17,523 nt of DNA, taken from contig JAPJOW010000077.1 in the NCBI GenBank assembly GCA_030826005.1, forward strand, positions 1-17,523. Direction: 5' to 3'. This DNA comes from Aliterella sp. RAGGC_92. GTDB taxonomy: Bacteria > Cyanobacteriota > Cyanobacteriia > Cyanobacteriales > Chroococcidiopsidaceae. Both the position numbers and the translations under genes were made by a program. The stretch's first letter is position 1. Each line of letters begins with the position of its first letter. The notes under the pieces are model-generated. The model made no database searches and had not been told where the DNA came from. It was given only the letters and a program-made list of their open reading frames with translations. Below are positions 7,563 through 14,105 of the stretch, piece by piece.

Positions 7563-7606
7563 GCCTAGGGTTAAAACCCCAGGCTAATAGCTTAAGCCGA
7601 TTAAGA
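7563..7606 (+). repeat. Copy A of a short dispersed hairpin repeat (consensus about CGCCTAGGGTTAAARCCYNAGGCTAATAGYTYAAGYC)
   Basis: cgcctagggttaaaaccccaggctaatagcttaagccgattaag. It contains the inverted repeat gcctaggg/ccccaggc. It lies between convergent aroE and the 207-aa gene. Further copies are at 13797-13836 and, inverted, at 13957-14007, with a fragment at 14038-14053. Confidence 0.55.
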
Positions 7607-7637
7607 AGAAAATTTTAGACTTATGTAAGAAGTCTAA

Positions 7638-8261
7638 TTACCAACGGCGTTGATCCGCAGGATCGCCGTAGGGATCTTCACTGGCTGGGCGCACGTCACC
7701 AGGATCGCCATAGGGGTCTTCACTAGCGGGGCGTACGTTGCCGTACTGTCCTCTACTCCCACCACCTCTATCCATTAGTTTCTTAGCCGCTATAGCCGCA
7801 ATTCCAGCCATCGCGCCTTTTGCTAAGGGGTTGCTAAATATATTCCCTTGACTATTGCCCCCAAGCATTCCCGCCGCGCCACCTAACAATTGACCGAGTA
7901 AATCGGGTTGCTGTTGGTGCATACGACTTGTTGTTTGGGCTAGATAGTTAGAATCTTGATAGCGATCGTCTTGACCATCGCCATCTAAATCGGGAAAATT
8001 GTAATTTTGCTGCCGCGATTGTTGTTGGAGGTACTGACCGAATTGCATCCGCTCTTGGGGTGACATCCGGCTAAAAGCTTCTTGGGCAGATTCTTGGTAG
8101 ACATCGGCGGGTAACTGTCTAGATACTTGCTGGTAGCGATTGGCTACTTCCTCATCAGAGTATCCTTCGTGAGGCGCACCCTGTTCGTAACGATTGACGA
8201 AACCTCGGTAATCTTGCTCGTTATTTTGACCGCCACCAAGTAAACTTTCTAAAAAACCCAT
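7638..8261 (-). CDS. Hypothetical low-complexity Q/G/D-rich protein (207 aa) with two C-terminal 14-aa tandem repeats
   Basis: ATG at 8259-8261 (minus). Composition is dominated by Q, G, D, Y and R. It contains DLDGDGQDD and a glycine-zipper-like GGAAGMLGG...GAMAGIAAIAAKKL segment. It ends ...VRPASEDPYGDPGDVRPASEDPYGDPADQRRW. HIP1 sites inside the gene argue it is native. No family recognised. Confidence 0.5.
   Translation of the reverse strand: MGFLESLLGGGQNNEQDYRGFVNRYEQGAPHEGYSDEEVANRYQQVSRQLPADVYQESAQEAFSRMSPQERMQFGQYLQQQSRQQNYNFPDLDGDGQDDRYQDSNYLAQTTSRMHQQQPDLLGQLLGGAAGMLGGNSQGNIFSNPLAKGAMAGIAAIAAKKLMDRGGGSRGQYGNVRPASEDPYGDPGDVRPASEDPYGDPADQRRW
7653..7736 (-). repeat. Two tandem 42-nt coding repeats encoding VRPASEDPYGDP(G/A)D
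   Basis: ccgcaggatcgccgtagggatcttcactggctgggcgcacgtc and accaggatcgccataggggtcttcactagcggggcgtacgtt are near-identical adjacent 42-mers on the plus strand. Confidence 0.6.
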
Positions 8262-8296
8262 TTTTAACTCCTATCGATTTGTGTTATTAAAATTTT

Positions 8297-8779
8297 TTAC
8301 AGTGCGGGGGCTGGCTGTAAGTCTGTAAGGTCGCGCCCTGTAGGACGATTGTTGTAACCTTGAAAATCTCGGTATCTTTGAGCTTCAGTTTCCGATACTT
8401 GGATTCCTTCCGCAGGTGGCGTTACCCAGTGGACTTGACGTTGAGCATCTCTGTAATAAACGCGCCCATTTTTGGAGAGATAGTATTGTCCTTCTGCTCC
8501 TTCAGCTTTCTTATTTTTATGCTGGTTGTAGAGATAATAAAGAGCCGCCGCACCCGCTAAAATTACTACTTTTTGCTTGTTTGATATTCCTTGGCGCGGC
8601 TGTTGGGCGCGATCGCTATTGTTATAACTTTGGTTTTCAATGCGCGTGTTGTCTGTGGGCGCAGCAGTATTTGTTCTACTACCGCAACCAGTGAAAATTG
8701 AGAGCGATAACACTGCACTAAGTACGATCGCAACTGGGCGTAAAAATTTTTTCTTTTCGACTAAATATTTTGTATTCAT
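8297..8779 (-). CDS. Hypothetical lipoprotein (160 aa)
   Basis: The signal peptide with a lipobox-like sequence is MNTKYLVEKKKFLRPVAIVLSAVLSLSIFTGCGS. The rest is polar and rich in N, Q and R, with aromatic residues (YYLYNQHK, GRVYYRDAQRQVHWVTPPAEG). ATG at 8777-8779. It lies 36 nt upstream of the 207-aa gene on the same strand, so an operon is likely. Confidence 0.5.
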   Translation of the reverse strand: MNTKYLVEKKKFLRPVAIVLSAVLSLSIFTGCGSRTNTAAPTDNTRIENQSYNNSDRAQQPRQGISNKQKVVILAGAAALYYLYNQHKNKKAEGAEGQYYLSKNGRVYYRDAQRQVHWVTPPAEGIQVSETEAQRYRDFQGYNNRPTGRDLTDLQPAPAL

Positions 8780-9085
8780 CGGCTTATTTCATTGAGTAAA
8801 GAACCCCTTTAATTTGAGCTAGAAGTCTTTTTAAACGGCTATCAAAAAATCTTGTTAGCGTTCAATCAATTTACTCAAGGAGAAATTAGCCTGTAGTAAG
8901 CGATTTCTAGCCGCAACAATTGAGGTATTTGTTGGCAATGGTAGCGAAATTTACAAATTCCTCTATCCAACCTTTGGTAGAAGTTAGATTTAATACTTGC
9001 AACTATGGAAATACATAGCAAGGTATAGCAATACCGAGAAGGGCGATCGCAAGTTGGCAGTAAAAGCGATCGCAGAGCAATCCTA

Positions 9086-10657
9086 CTAGCGATTAATCTG
9101 GATTAAATCTGTCAAAATACTATCCAAGCTTCCATTGACTTGAATGCGATCGATCTTCTCCGCAATTCGCTCTAATACCTCTAATTCCTTCAAACGCAAA
9201 GCAACGGGGTTGTCTTCCATTACTTTTGCGGTATTTAACATACTACGAGTAGCGGCGGTTTCTTCTCTACGTCTGACTACATTTGCTTGAGCGGATTTTT
9301 CTGCTTCTACTACTTTGCTCAAAATAGTTTTAATCTCACCAGGTAGAATAATGTCTTTTACCCCTACAGAATCTACTTCAATGCCATAGTCTGCGGTTTT
9401 GGTGCGGATATAGTCGCTCACGCTTGTATCAACAGCGCCTTTATTTTCTAATAAAGCATCTAAAGTCTGTTCGCCAACGGCTGCACGTAAAGCAAACTGC
9501 AACTCTTTGTATAAAAATTCAGTAACATTTGCCAAACCGCTTTTTGCTCTAAGCGGATCTTGGATGCGAAAACCCGCAGTTAAATTTAAGCGCAGAGGTA
9601 CTTTATCTTTTGACAAGATATCTTGACCAGATACTTCAAGGTTTTGCAAGCGCAAATCAAATATATCCGTTTGAAAAGAGCGCCCAAACACCCACCAAGC
9701 ATGAGTTCCTGGCGGTAGTTGAGTTTGAAACTCTTGATCGATGTATAACAAGCCCACGTGCTGGGGAGGTACTTGGCAAATATGTAAACTGTTGCGAGTT
9801 AATAATTGTACTTCTTTAGCACCTGAAACCAGTTCAGCTACTAATTGGGGGGTTAATTTAGCATCGCTGCTAATATCGATAATTTCTACCTCTACACCTT
9901 GCCAAAATAACTTGCGACTTGTGGGGGGTAATAGGGCGATCGCTTTTCCTAAATATCTGACAATTGCTACTTGCTGACTTTGTAATTGGACAACTTCGCA
10001 ATATGCAGCTACAAAGTCAGGATGTTTTTCAATTAGCACTTCTTCCAAAGGGAAGTCTGGGTTAGGTGTAATTTGGCTGAGAGTCCGCACTGCTACATCT
10101 CTAGTAAAAGTCCAAAAAGCATATTCGCCTACTTCAAGAGGTCGAACAAAGTTGTTTTGGATGTAAAGTAAACCAATCTCAGATTCTAAAATTTGGACTT
10201 TTTTAATTCCATTGATATTGAGCGAAGTCAACTGTCGAACAAACTGGGCGGGTAACTCTAAACTGTCCTCTAAGTTGAAAATATGAGCTTCTACATCGAT
10301 AAAACCACGCCAAAAAGCTCTAAGTTGATTGGGTGCAACGCTAATCCAATTTTGACCGCAGCGTACTAAAGCCGCTTGGTTAAATTCTGTTTTGACGATT
10401 AATAAATGTTGTTGCAACTCGGCGGCGTTGGTTGTTAGTAATAATTCTAAGTTGTCAATTTTTGCTTCTGGTTGGTTGCGGTTGTAAGTTGTCACTTGCC
10501 AATGAAAACCAAAATAGGTATGAGTCCCCGGCTGCAAAATTTTCTTAAAATCGCTCCGGTGATACAAAATGCCAATTTCATTAGGCTTAATATAAAAAGT
10601 TTTCCACATAGAAAGATTGGGCAACTTTACCCAACGAAATAAATTAAATAACTGCAT
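9086..10657 (-). CDS. SPFH/band-7 (stomatin/prohibitin/flotillin-like) family protein with two additional N-terminal SPFH-like repeats (523 aa)
   Basis: The C-terminal part has SPFH core and coiled-coil features (DYGIEVDSVGVKDIILPGEIKTILSKVVEAEKSAQANVVRRREETAATR...LRLKELEVLERIAEKIDR). The SPFH start motif occurs three times: NEIGILYHRSDFKKILQPGTHTYF (about aa 27), SEIGLLYIQNNFVRPLEVGEYAFW (about aa 160) and QHVGLLYIDQEFQTQLPPGTHAWW (about aa 300). There is no N-terminal TM helix. ATG at 10655-10657. Confidence 0.8.
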   Translation of the reverse strand: MQLFNLFRWVKLPNLSMWKTFYIKPNEIGILYHRSDFKKILQPGTHTYFGFHWQVTTYNRNQPEAKIDNLELLLTTNAAELQQHLLIVKTEFNQAALVRCGQNWISVAPNQLRAFWRGFIDVEAHIFNLEDSLELPAQFVRQLTSLNINGIKKVQILESEIGLLYIQNNFVRPLEVGEYAFWTFTRDVAVRTLSQITPNPDFPLEEVLIEKHPDFVAAYCEVVQLQSQQVAIVRYLGKAIALLPPTSRKLFWQGVEVEIIDISSDAKLTPQLVAELVSGAKEVQLLTRNSLHICQVPPQHVGLLYIDQEFQTQLPPGTHAWWVFGRSFQTDIFDLRLQNLEVSGQDILSKDKVPLRLNLTAGFRIQDPLRAKSGLANVTEFLYKELQFALRAAVGEQTLDALLENKGAVDTSVSDYIRTKTADYGIEVDSVGVKDIILPGEIKTILSKVVEAEKSAQANVVRRREETAATRSMLNTAKVMEDNPVALRLKELEVLERIAEKIDRIQVNGSLDSILTDLIQINR

Positions 10658-10957
10658 TACTTTTGTAACACAAATACTACATAATATTTTCTACTCCGCT
10701 AATGCAGGGTTTTACAGTTTAGTGCGGGCAAAAGGTTCTCCAAAACTGGATTAAGAGAGCAATTAATCGCTCTTTGGTTGTCAAGCAACCTTAAAGGAGC
10801 AACTACGCTCAAATATGCCGTTCTACAACCAGTTCTATTTATCTATTTAGACAAACAGATTTGGAAGTTGAAGGACATACTCAAGTTAAAGAGAATTGAC
10901 TTAGCGCTGGCTACTTCACTGCTAACAAAACACCTGCACTTGCAGAGTAATATCAAG

Positions 10958-10978
10958 ATGTTAGGAAGTTCCTAACAT
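10958..10978. other. Perfect 21-nt palindrome (atgttaggaaGttcctaacat) in a gene-free region
   Basis: The sequence is exactly self-complementary around a central G. It could form a 9-10 bp hairpin. ccctaac recurs 20 nt downstream. Confidence 0.4.
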
Positions 10979-11031
10979 TTACAAAGTGACTTGTCCCTAA
11001 CAAGGTGTCCGTACCCAGGACGAGGGTTTTG

Positions 11032-11105
11032 GGGAAAGTACAGGATTTGAACCTATTAACAATCGGCGAAACACCGATCGCTCTACCATTTAGAGTCAAC
11101 TTTCG
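11032..11105 (-). ncRNA. tRNA-like element (possible tRNA pseudogene or atypical tRNA) on the minus strand
   Basis: The reverse complement reads cGAAAGTtgaCTCTAAATGGTAGAGcgATCGGtgtttcgCCGATtgttaATAGGTTCAAATCCTGTACTTTCc. The D arm is canonical (CUCU/AAAUGGU/AGAG). The T arm is canonical (AUAGG/UUCAAAU/CCUGU with one G-U pair). There is a 5-nt variable loop and a 6-bp acceptor pairing (GAAAGU/ACUUUC). The middle stem is 5-7 bp, but its loop UGUUUCG lacks U33. Junctions carry 3 and 2 nt instead of 2 and 1. I therefore cannot call a canonical tRNA or an anticodon. Confidence 0.3.
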
Positions 11106-11252
11106 GGTCGATGAAGTAGTTAAAACACTGAGCGGCATACGCTTACACGGATCGGTAGCGCACCAGTTGGGCATACAGAACCCCGACTATAGCTTGGGGC
11201 TAAAACTAGCTTCGGATCAAAGTTAACACAACACTAATGCGATCGCCACGAG

Positions 11253-11699
11253 TTAAAGCTTTGCAATCTGCTGGCGATCGTAGCTATCCCTTGCTGTTTC
11301 TACTTCAGAAATATGATTTTCTGCCCATTTGCAAAGCTGAGACAATGGTTCAATTAGTGTTTCGCCCAATGGGGTTAAAGAATATTCAACCATTGGCGGA
11401 ATTACTGGGTAAACCATGCGACTAACAATGCCATTCCGTTCTAAACCCCGTAAAGTTTGGGTCAGCATTTTTTGAGAGATACCGCCAATTTCTTTTTGTA
11501 ACTCGTTGTAGCGCTTTGTGCCTTTTGATAAACGATAAATAGCGATCGCAGTCCATTTGTCGGCAATTAAGTCTAAAACTTGCCGCGAGGGACATTGAGC
11601 ATTGCAAACGCTAATTGCTGGATAGTTACGCACCATAAGGTATGTATAGCACTTTTGAGTACCTTCTTGGCAAAAAGAGTAGGTTATTGGCAGAATCAT
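11253..11699 (-). CDS. HxlR-family (MarR-like winged helix) transcriptional regulator
   Basis: The translation CPSRQVLDLIADKWTAIAIYRLSKGTKRYNELQKEIGGISQKMLTQTLRGLERNGIVSRMVYPVIPPMVEYSLTPLGETL is a textbook HxlR signature. The ORF-track ATG is at 11699. An internal ATG at 11636 (MVRNYPAISVCNAQCP...) would give a more typical length of about 127 aa and a 100-nt divergent intergenic region. The true start is uncertain. Confidence 0.8.
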   Translation of the reverse strand: MILPITYSFCQEGTQKCYTYLMVRNYPAISVCNAQCPSRQVLDLIADKWTAIAIYRLSKGTKRYNELQKEIGGISQKMLTQTLRGLERNGIVSRMVYPVIPPMVEYSLTPLGETLIEPLSQLCKWAENHISEVETARDSYDRQQIAKL

Positions 11700-11738
11700 A
11701 AAAACACACTACCCCTCTATATAAAAACAGGAGCAGCT

Positions 11739-12791
11739 ATGACTTACAATCTGCAACTGGTATCTAATGAAAGTTTTGATGAGGGGATGCAGACCCCAAC
11801 AAATGCCGTTCCTACTTCTGATGAGAAGTTGCTTGATGCTTATTCCCAAGCCGTTATTGCTGTCGTGGAAAAAGTCAGCCCCGCCGTAGTTAATATCGAT
11901 GTCCATAGGCAATTAAGAGGTAGAAGAAGAAATAATCAAAGTGTCGCGCAAGAAGTACGCGGGAATGGTTCGGGCTTTATTTTTACTCAAGATGGTTATA
12001 TTCTCACCAATAGCCACGTTGTACACAATGCAACGGGGCTAGAAGTAACCTTAGCTGATGGTCGTCATTTTCCCGCCGAATTAGTAGGAGATGACCCGGA
12101 AACCGATATAGCTGTAATTAGAATCCACGCCCCTAATTTAGTAGCAGCAAAGTTAGGCGATTCTCAATCGCTAAAAGCTGGGCAAGTTGCGATCGCTATT
12201 GGTAATCCCTACGGCTTCCAAACTACGGTCACTACAGGCGTTGTGAGTGCGTTGGGGCGAAGTTTTAGAGCGCGATCGGGTAGGCTAATTGATAATATTA
12301 TCCAAACCGATGCAGCGTTAAATCCCGGCAATTCTGGCGGGCCATTAGTAACATCTCACGGCGAAGTTATTGGTATTAATACCGCCGTCATCATGTCTGC
12401 ACAGGGTATATGTTTTGCCGTACCGATTAATACAGCTAAAACTATCCTCACGCCGTTAATTAAAAATGGCTTTATTCAGCGCGGTTACATTGGTATCGGC
12501 GGGCAAAACGTCCCTTTACCTCGCCGTACAGTGTTATTCCACGAATTATCTGTAGAAAGCGGCGTACTGATTATTTCAATTGAAGAAGATAGTCCCGCCC
12601 AAAATGCCGGACTTGTTGAAGGCGATGTGATTGTAGGAATGAACAATCAACCTATTGCTAGTATTGACGACTTGCATAAATTATTGACTCACGAACAAGT
12701 AGGAATGCGATCGCAACTAACCATTATTCGCGGCAATGATAAGCTAATTATCGATATTGTCTCTGCAAGTAAACCAGCGATAGATGATTAA
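11739..12791 (+). CDS. S1C-family trypsin-like serine protease with C-terminal PDZ domain (HtrA/DegP/Hho-like), apparently without signal peptide
   Basis: The catalytic triad contexts are TNSHVV (His), DIAVIRI (Asp) and GNSGGPLV (Ser). The C-terminal PDZ-like region reads GVLIISIEEDSPAQNAGLVEGDVIVGMNNQPIASIDDL. The ATG at 11739 is preceded by aggag 8 nt upstream. The ORF-track start at 11580 is an upstream alternative start that would overlap HxlR, so I rejected it. The N-terminus MTYNLQLVSNESFDEG is not hydrophobic. Confidence 0.85.
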   Translation: MTYNLQLVSNESFDEGMQTPTNAVPTSDEKLLDAYSQAVIAVVEKVSPAVVNIDVHRQLRGRRRNNQSVAQEVRGNGSGFIFTQDGYILTNSHVVHNATGLEVTLADGRHFPAELVGDDPETDIAVIRIHAPNLVAAKLGDSQSLKAGQVAIAIGNPYGFQTTVTTGVVSALGRSFRARSGRLIDNIIQTDAALNPGNSGGPLVTSHGEVIGINTAVIMSAQGICFAVPINTAKTILTPLIKNGFIQRGYIGIGGQNVPLPRRTVLFHELSVESGVLIISIEEDSPAQNAGLVEGDVIVGMNNQPIASIDDLHKLLTHEQVGMRSQLTIIRGNDKLIIDIVSASKPAIDD

Positions 12792-12877
12792 AACTAGGTT
12801 TTTAAGCAAAAAAATGTAATTGAATGCTCAAAATTGACCCAATTACAGCAATTAAAGGACTAAATAAGGTGTAAAGT

Positions 12878-13735
12878 ATGAGCAACACAATTTTGGTTAC
12901 TGGTGCTACAGGTAATGTAGGGAGTCAAGTTGTCCAGCAACTAATTACTTTGGGGATAACTCCACGAGTAGCAGTGCGTTCGATGAATAAAGCAGAGTCG
13001 CTAAAAAAATCTGGCGCTGAACCAGTGGAGATGGATTTAGAGCGCCCGGAGACTATTGTACCTGCCTTGGCGGGAGTGGATAAAGTTTTCTTAGTTAGTC
13101 CTTTTGTGCCAAATATGGTTGAACTAACAGCAATATTAATCGCGGCGGCAAAACAAGCAAATGTTCGCCACATTGTCAAACTCTCGGCTTTAGCACAGCC
13201 AGGAATTGCTTTAAGTAAGTGGCATGAGGAAATGGAAAATGCGATTGCATCTTCCGGTATTCCTTTTACATTTTTGCGTCCTAATGGATTTATGCAGAAT
13301 TTTGTCAATGCAATGGCAGAAACTATTAAATCTGAAAATGCTTTTTATCTAAATGCGGGAGAGGGTAAAGTTAGCTTTGTCGATACTCGTGACATTGCTT
13401 CAGTAGCGGTAGCTGCTTTAACAACTAGCGGACACGAAGGACAGTCTTACATTATTACAGGATCGGAAGCACTGTCTCACGCTCAATCGGCTTCTATTTT
13501 GTCTCAAGTTTTGGGTAGAACAATCAATTATGTAGATGTTCCTGACGATGCGGTACGCCAAGGAATGCAAGGCGCAGGAATGCCAGATCCGATAGTCAAC
13601 GCTTTACTGGAATTATATGCTAGTTACAAAGCAGGACAAGCGGCGACGGTATCGCCCACTGTAGAGCAAGTTACGGGGAAAAAACCGATAAGTTTTGAGC
13701 AGTTTGCTAAAGATTACGCAGAGGTTTGGCAATAG
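12878..13735 (+). CDS. NmrA-like / atypical SDR NAD(P)-binding oxidoreductase (285 aa)
   Basis: The N-terminal Rossmann motif is ILVTGATGNVGSQVVQQL. The length and organisation are NmrA-like. aaggtg lies 8 nt upstream of the ATG at 12878. The gene is on the same strand as the protease and downstream of it. The divergent HxlR regulator is typical for such oxidoreductases. Confidence 0.8.
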   Translation: MSNTILVTGATGNVGSQVVQQLITLGITPRVAVRSMNKAESLKKSGAEPVEMDLERPETIVPALAGVDKVFLVSPFVPNMVELTAILIAAAKQANVRHIVKLSALAQPGIALSKWHEEMENAIASSGIPFTFLRPNGFMQNFVNAMAETIKSENAFYLNAGEGKVSFVDTRDIASVAVAALTTSGHEGQSYIITGSEALSHAQSASILSQVLGRTINYVDVPDDAVRQGMQGAGMPDPIVNALLELYASYKAGQAATVSPTVEQVTGKKPISFEQFAKDYAEVWQ

Positions 13736-13796
13736 GTAAATAGCGATCGCACTTACTTTGTTTGCTGCCACAATTATGCGGCTATTTATTCAATCC

Positions 13797-13846
13797 CGCC
13801 TAGGGTTAAAGCCCTAGGCTAATAGTTCAAGTCTACTGAAGTAGAC
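13797..13846 (+). repeat. Copy B of the dispersed hairpin repeat plus an adjacent hairpin (gtctacTGAAgtagac)
   Basis: ccgcctagggttaaagccctaggctaatagttcaagtctac has a perfect 8-bp inverted repeat gcctaggg/ccctaggc. It lies immediately downstream of the NmrA-like gene stop, in the convergent intergenic region. Confidence 0.55.
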
Positions 13847-13956
13847 TAATAAAACTATAATTTTTTCTTTAAATATCTACCTGAAAACGAGCGCAATTTC
13901 AGCAACGCTATAAACTTAATCAATCAGATTGTAGATTTAACTAACATGAAATACAG

Positions 13957-14007
13957 TCGGCTTAAGCCGACTTAAGCTATTAGCCTGAGGTTTTAACCCT
14001 AGGCGGG
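13957..14007 (-). repeat. Copy C of the dispersed hairpin repeat, inverted relative to copy B and including the 16-nt perfect palindrome gtcggcttaagccgac
   Basis: Plus strand: gtcggcttaagccgacttaagctattagcctgaggttttaaccctaggcgg. Its reverse complement matches copies A and B. A further fragment, gttttaaccctgggcg, lies at 14038-14053. All lie in the convergent gap between the NmrA-like gene and the SNF2 helicase. Confidence 0.55.
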
Positions 14008-14105
14008 GAAGATGTTTATCGACCAATAGAAGACGATGTTTTAACCCTGGGCGAACAAGGATTTTTTAATAAATTAACAACTCTAGCTTTTGTCTCTGGG
14101 TCTAT

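Noticed and set aside
8360-8694. Plus-strand ORFs 8360..8560 and 8416..8694
   Set aside because: They are antisense to the lipoprotein gene.
9610-9977. Plus-strand ORFs inside the SPFH gene
   Set aside because: They are antisense to a strongly supported CDS.
11032-11105. Calling this a bona fide tRNA gene with an anticodon
   Set aside because: D and T arms are good, but no 7-nt anticodon loop with U33 and purine-37 can be drawn. Spacer lengths are non-canonical. There is not enough room for a long variable arm or an intron between the D and T arms. It is reported only as tRNA-like.
10778-11425. Short ORFs 10778..10975(+), 10953..11174(-), 11005..11226(+), 11237..11425(+)
   Set aside because: These ORFs lie in the gene desert. 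They use non-ATG starts and have low-complexity composition. They overlap one another and the tRNA-like element. They are more likely non-coding, but a small protein cannot be fully excluded.
11580-11738. ORF-track start of the protease at 11580 (403 aa)
   Set aside because: This start would overlap the divergent HxlR gene by more than 100 nt. It is not an ATG with an RBS. The ATG at 11739 has aggag upstream and yields a normal S1C N-terminus.
11422-11912. ORFs 11422..11607(-) and 11709..11912(-)
   Set aside because: They are antisense to, or in alternative frames of, the HxlR and protease genes.
12925-13308. Minus-strand 127-aa ORF inside the NmrA-like gene
   Set aside because: It is antisense to a well-supported CDS with a Rossmann motif.
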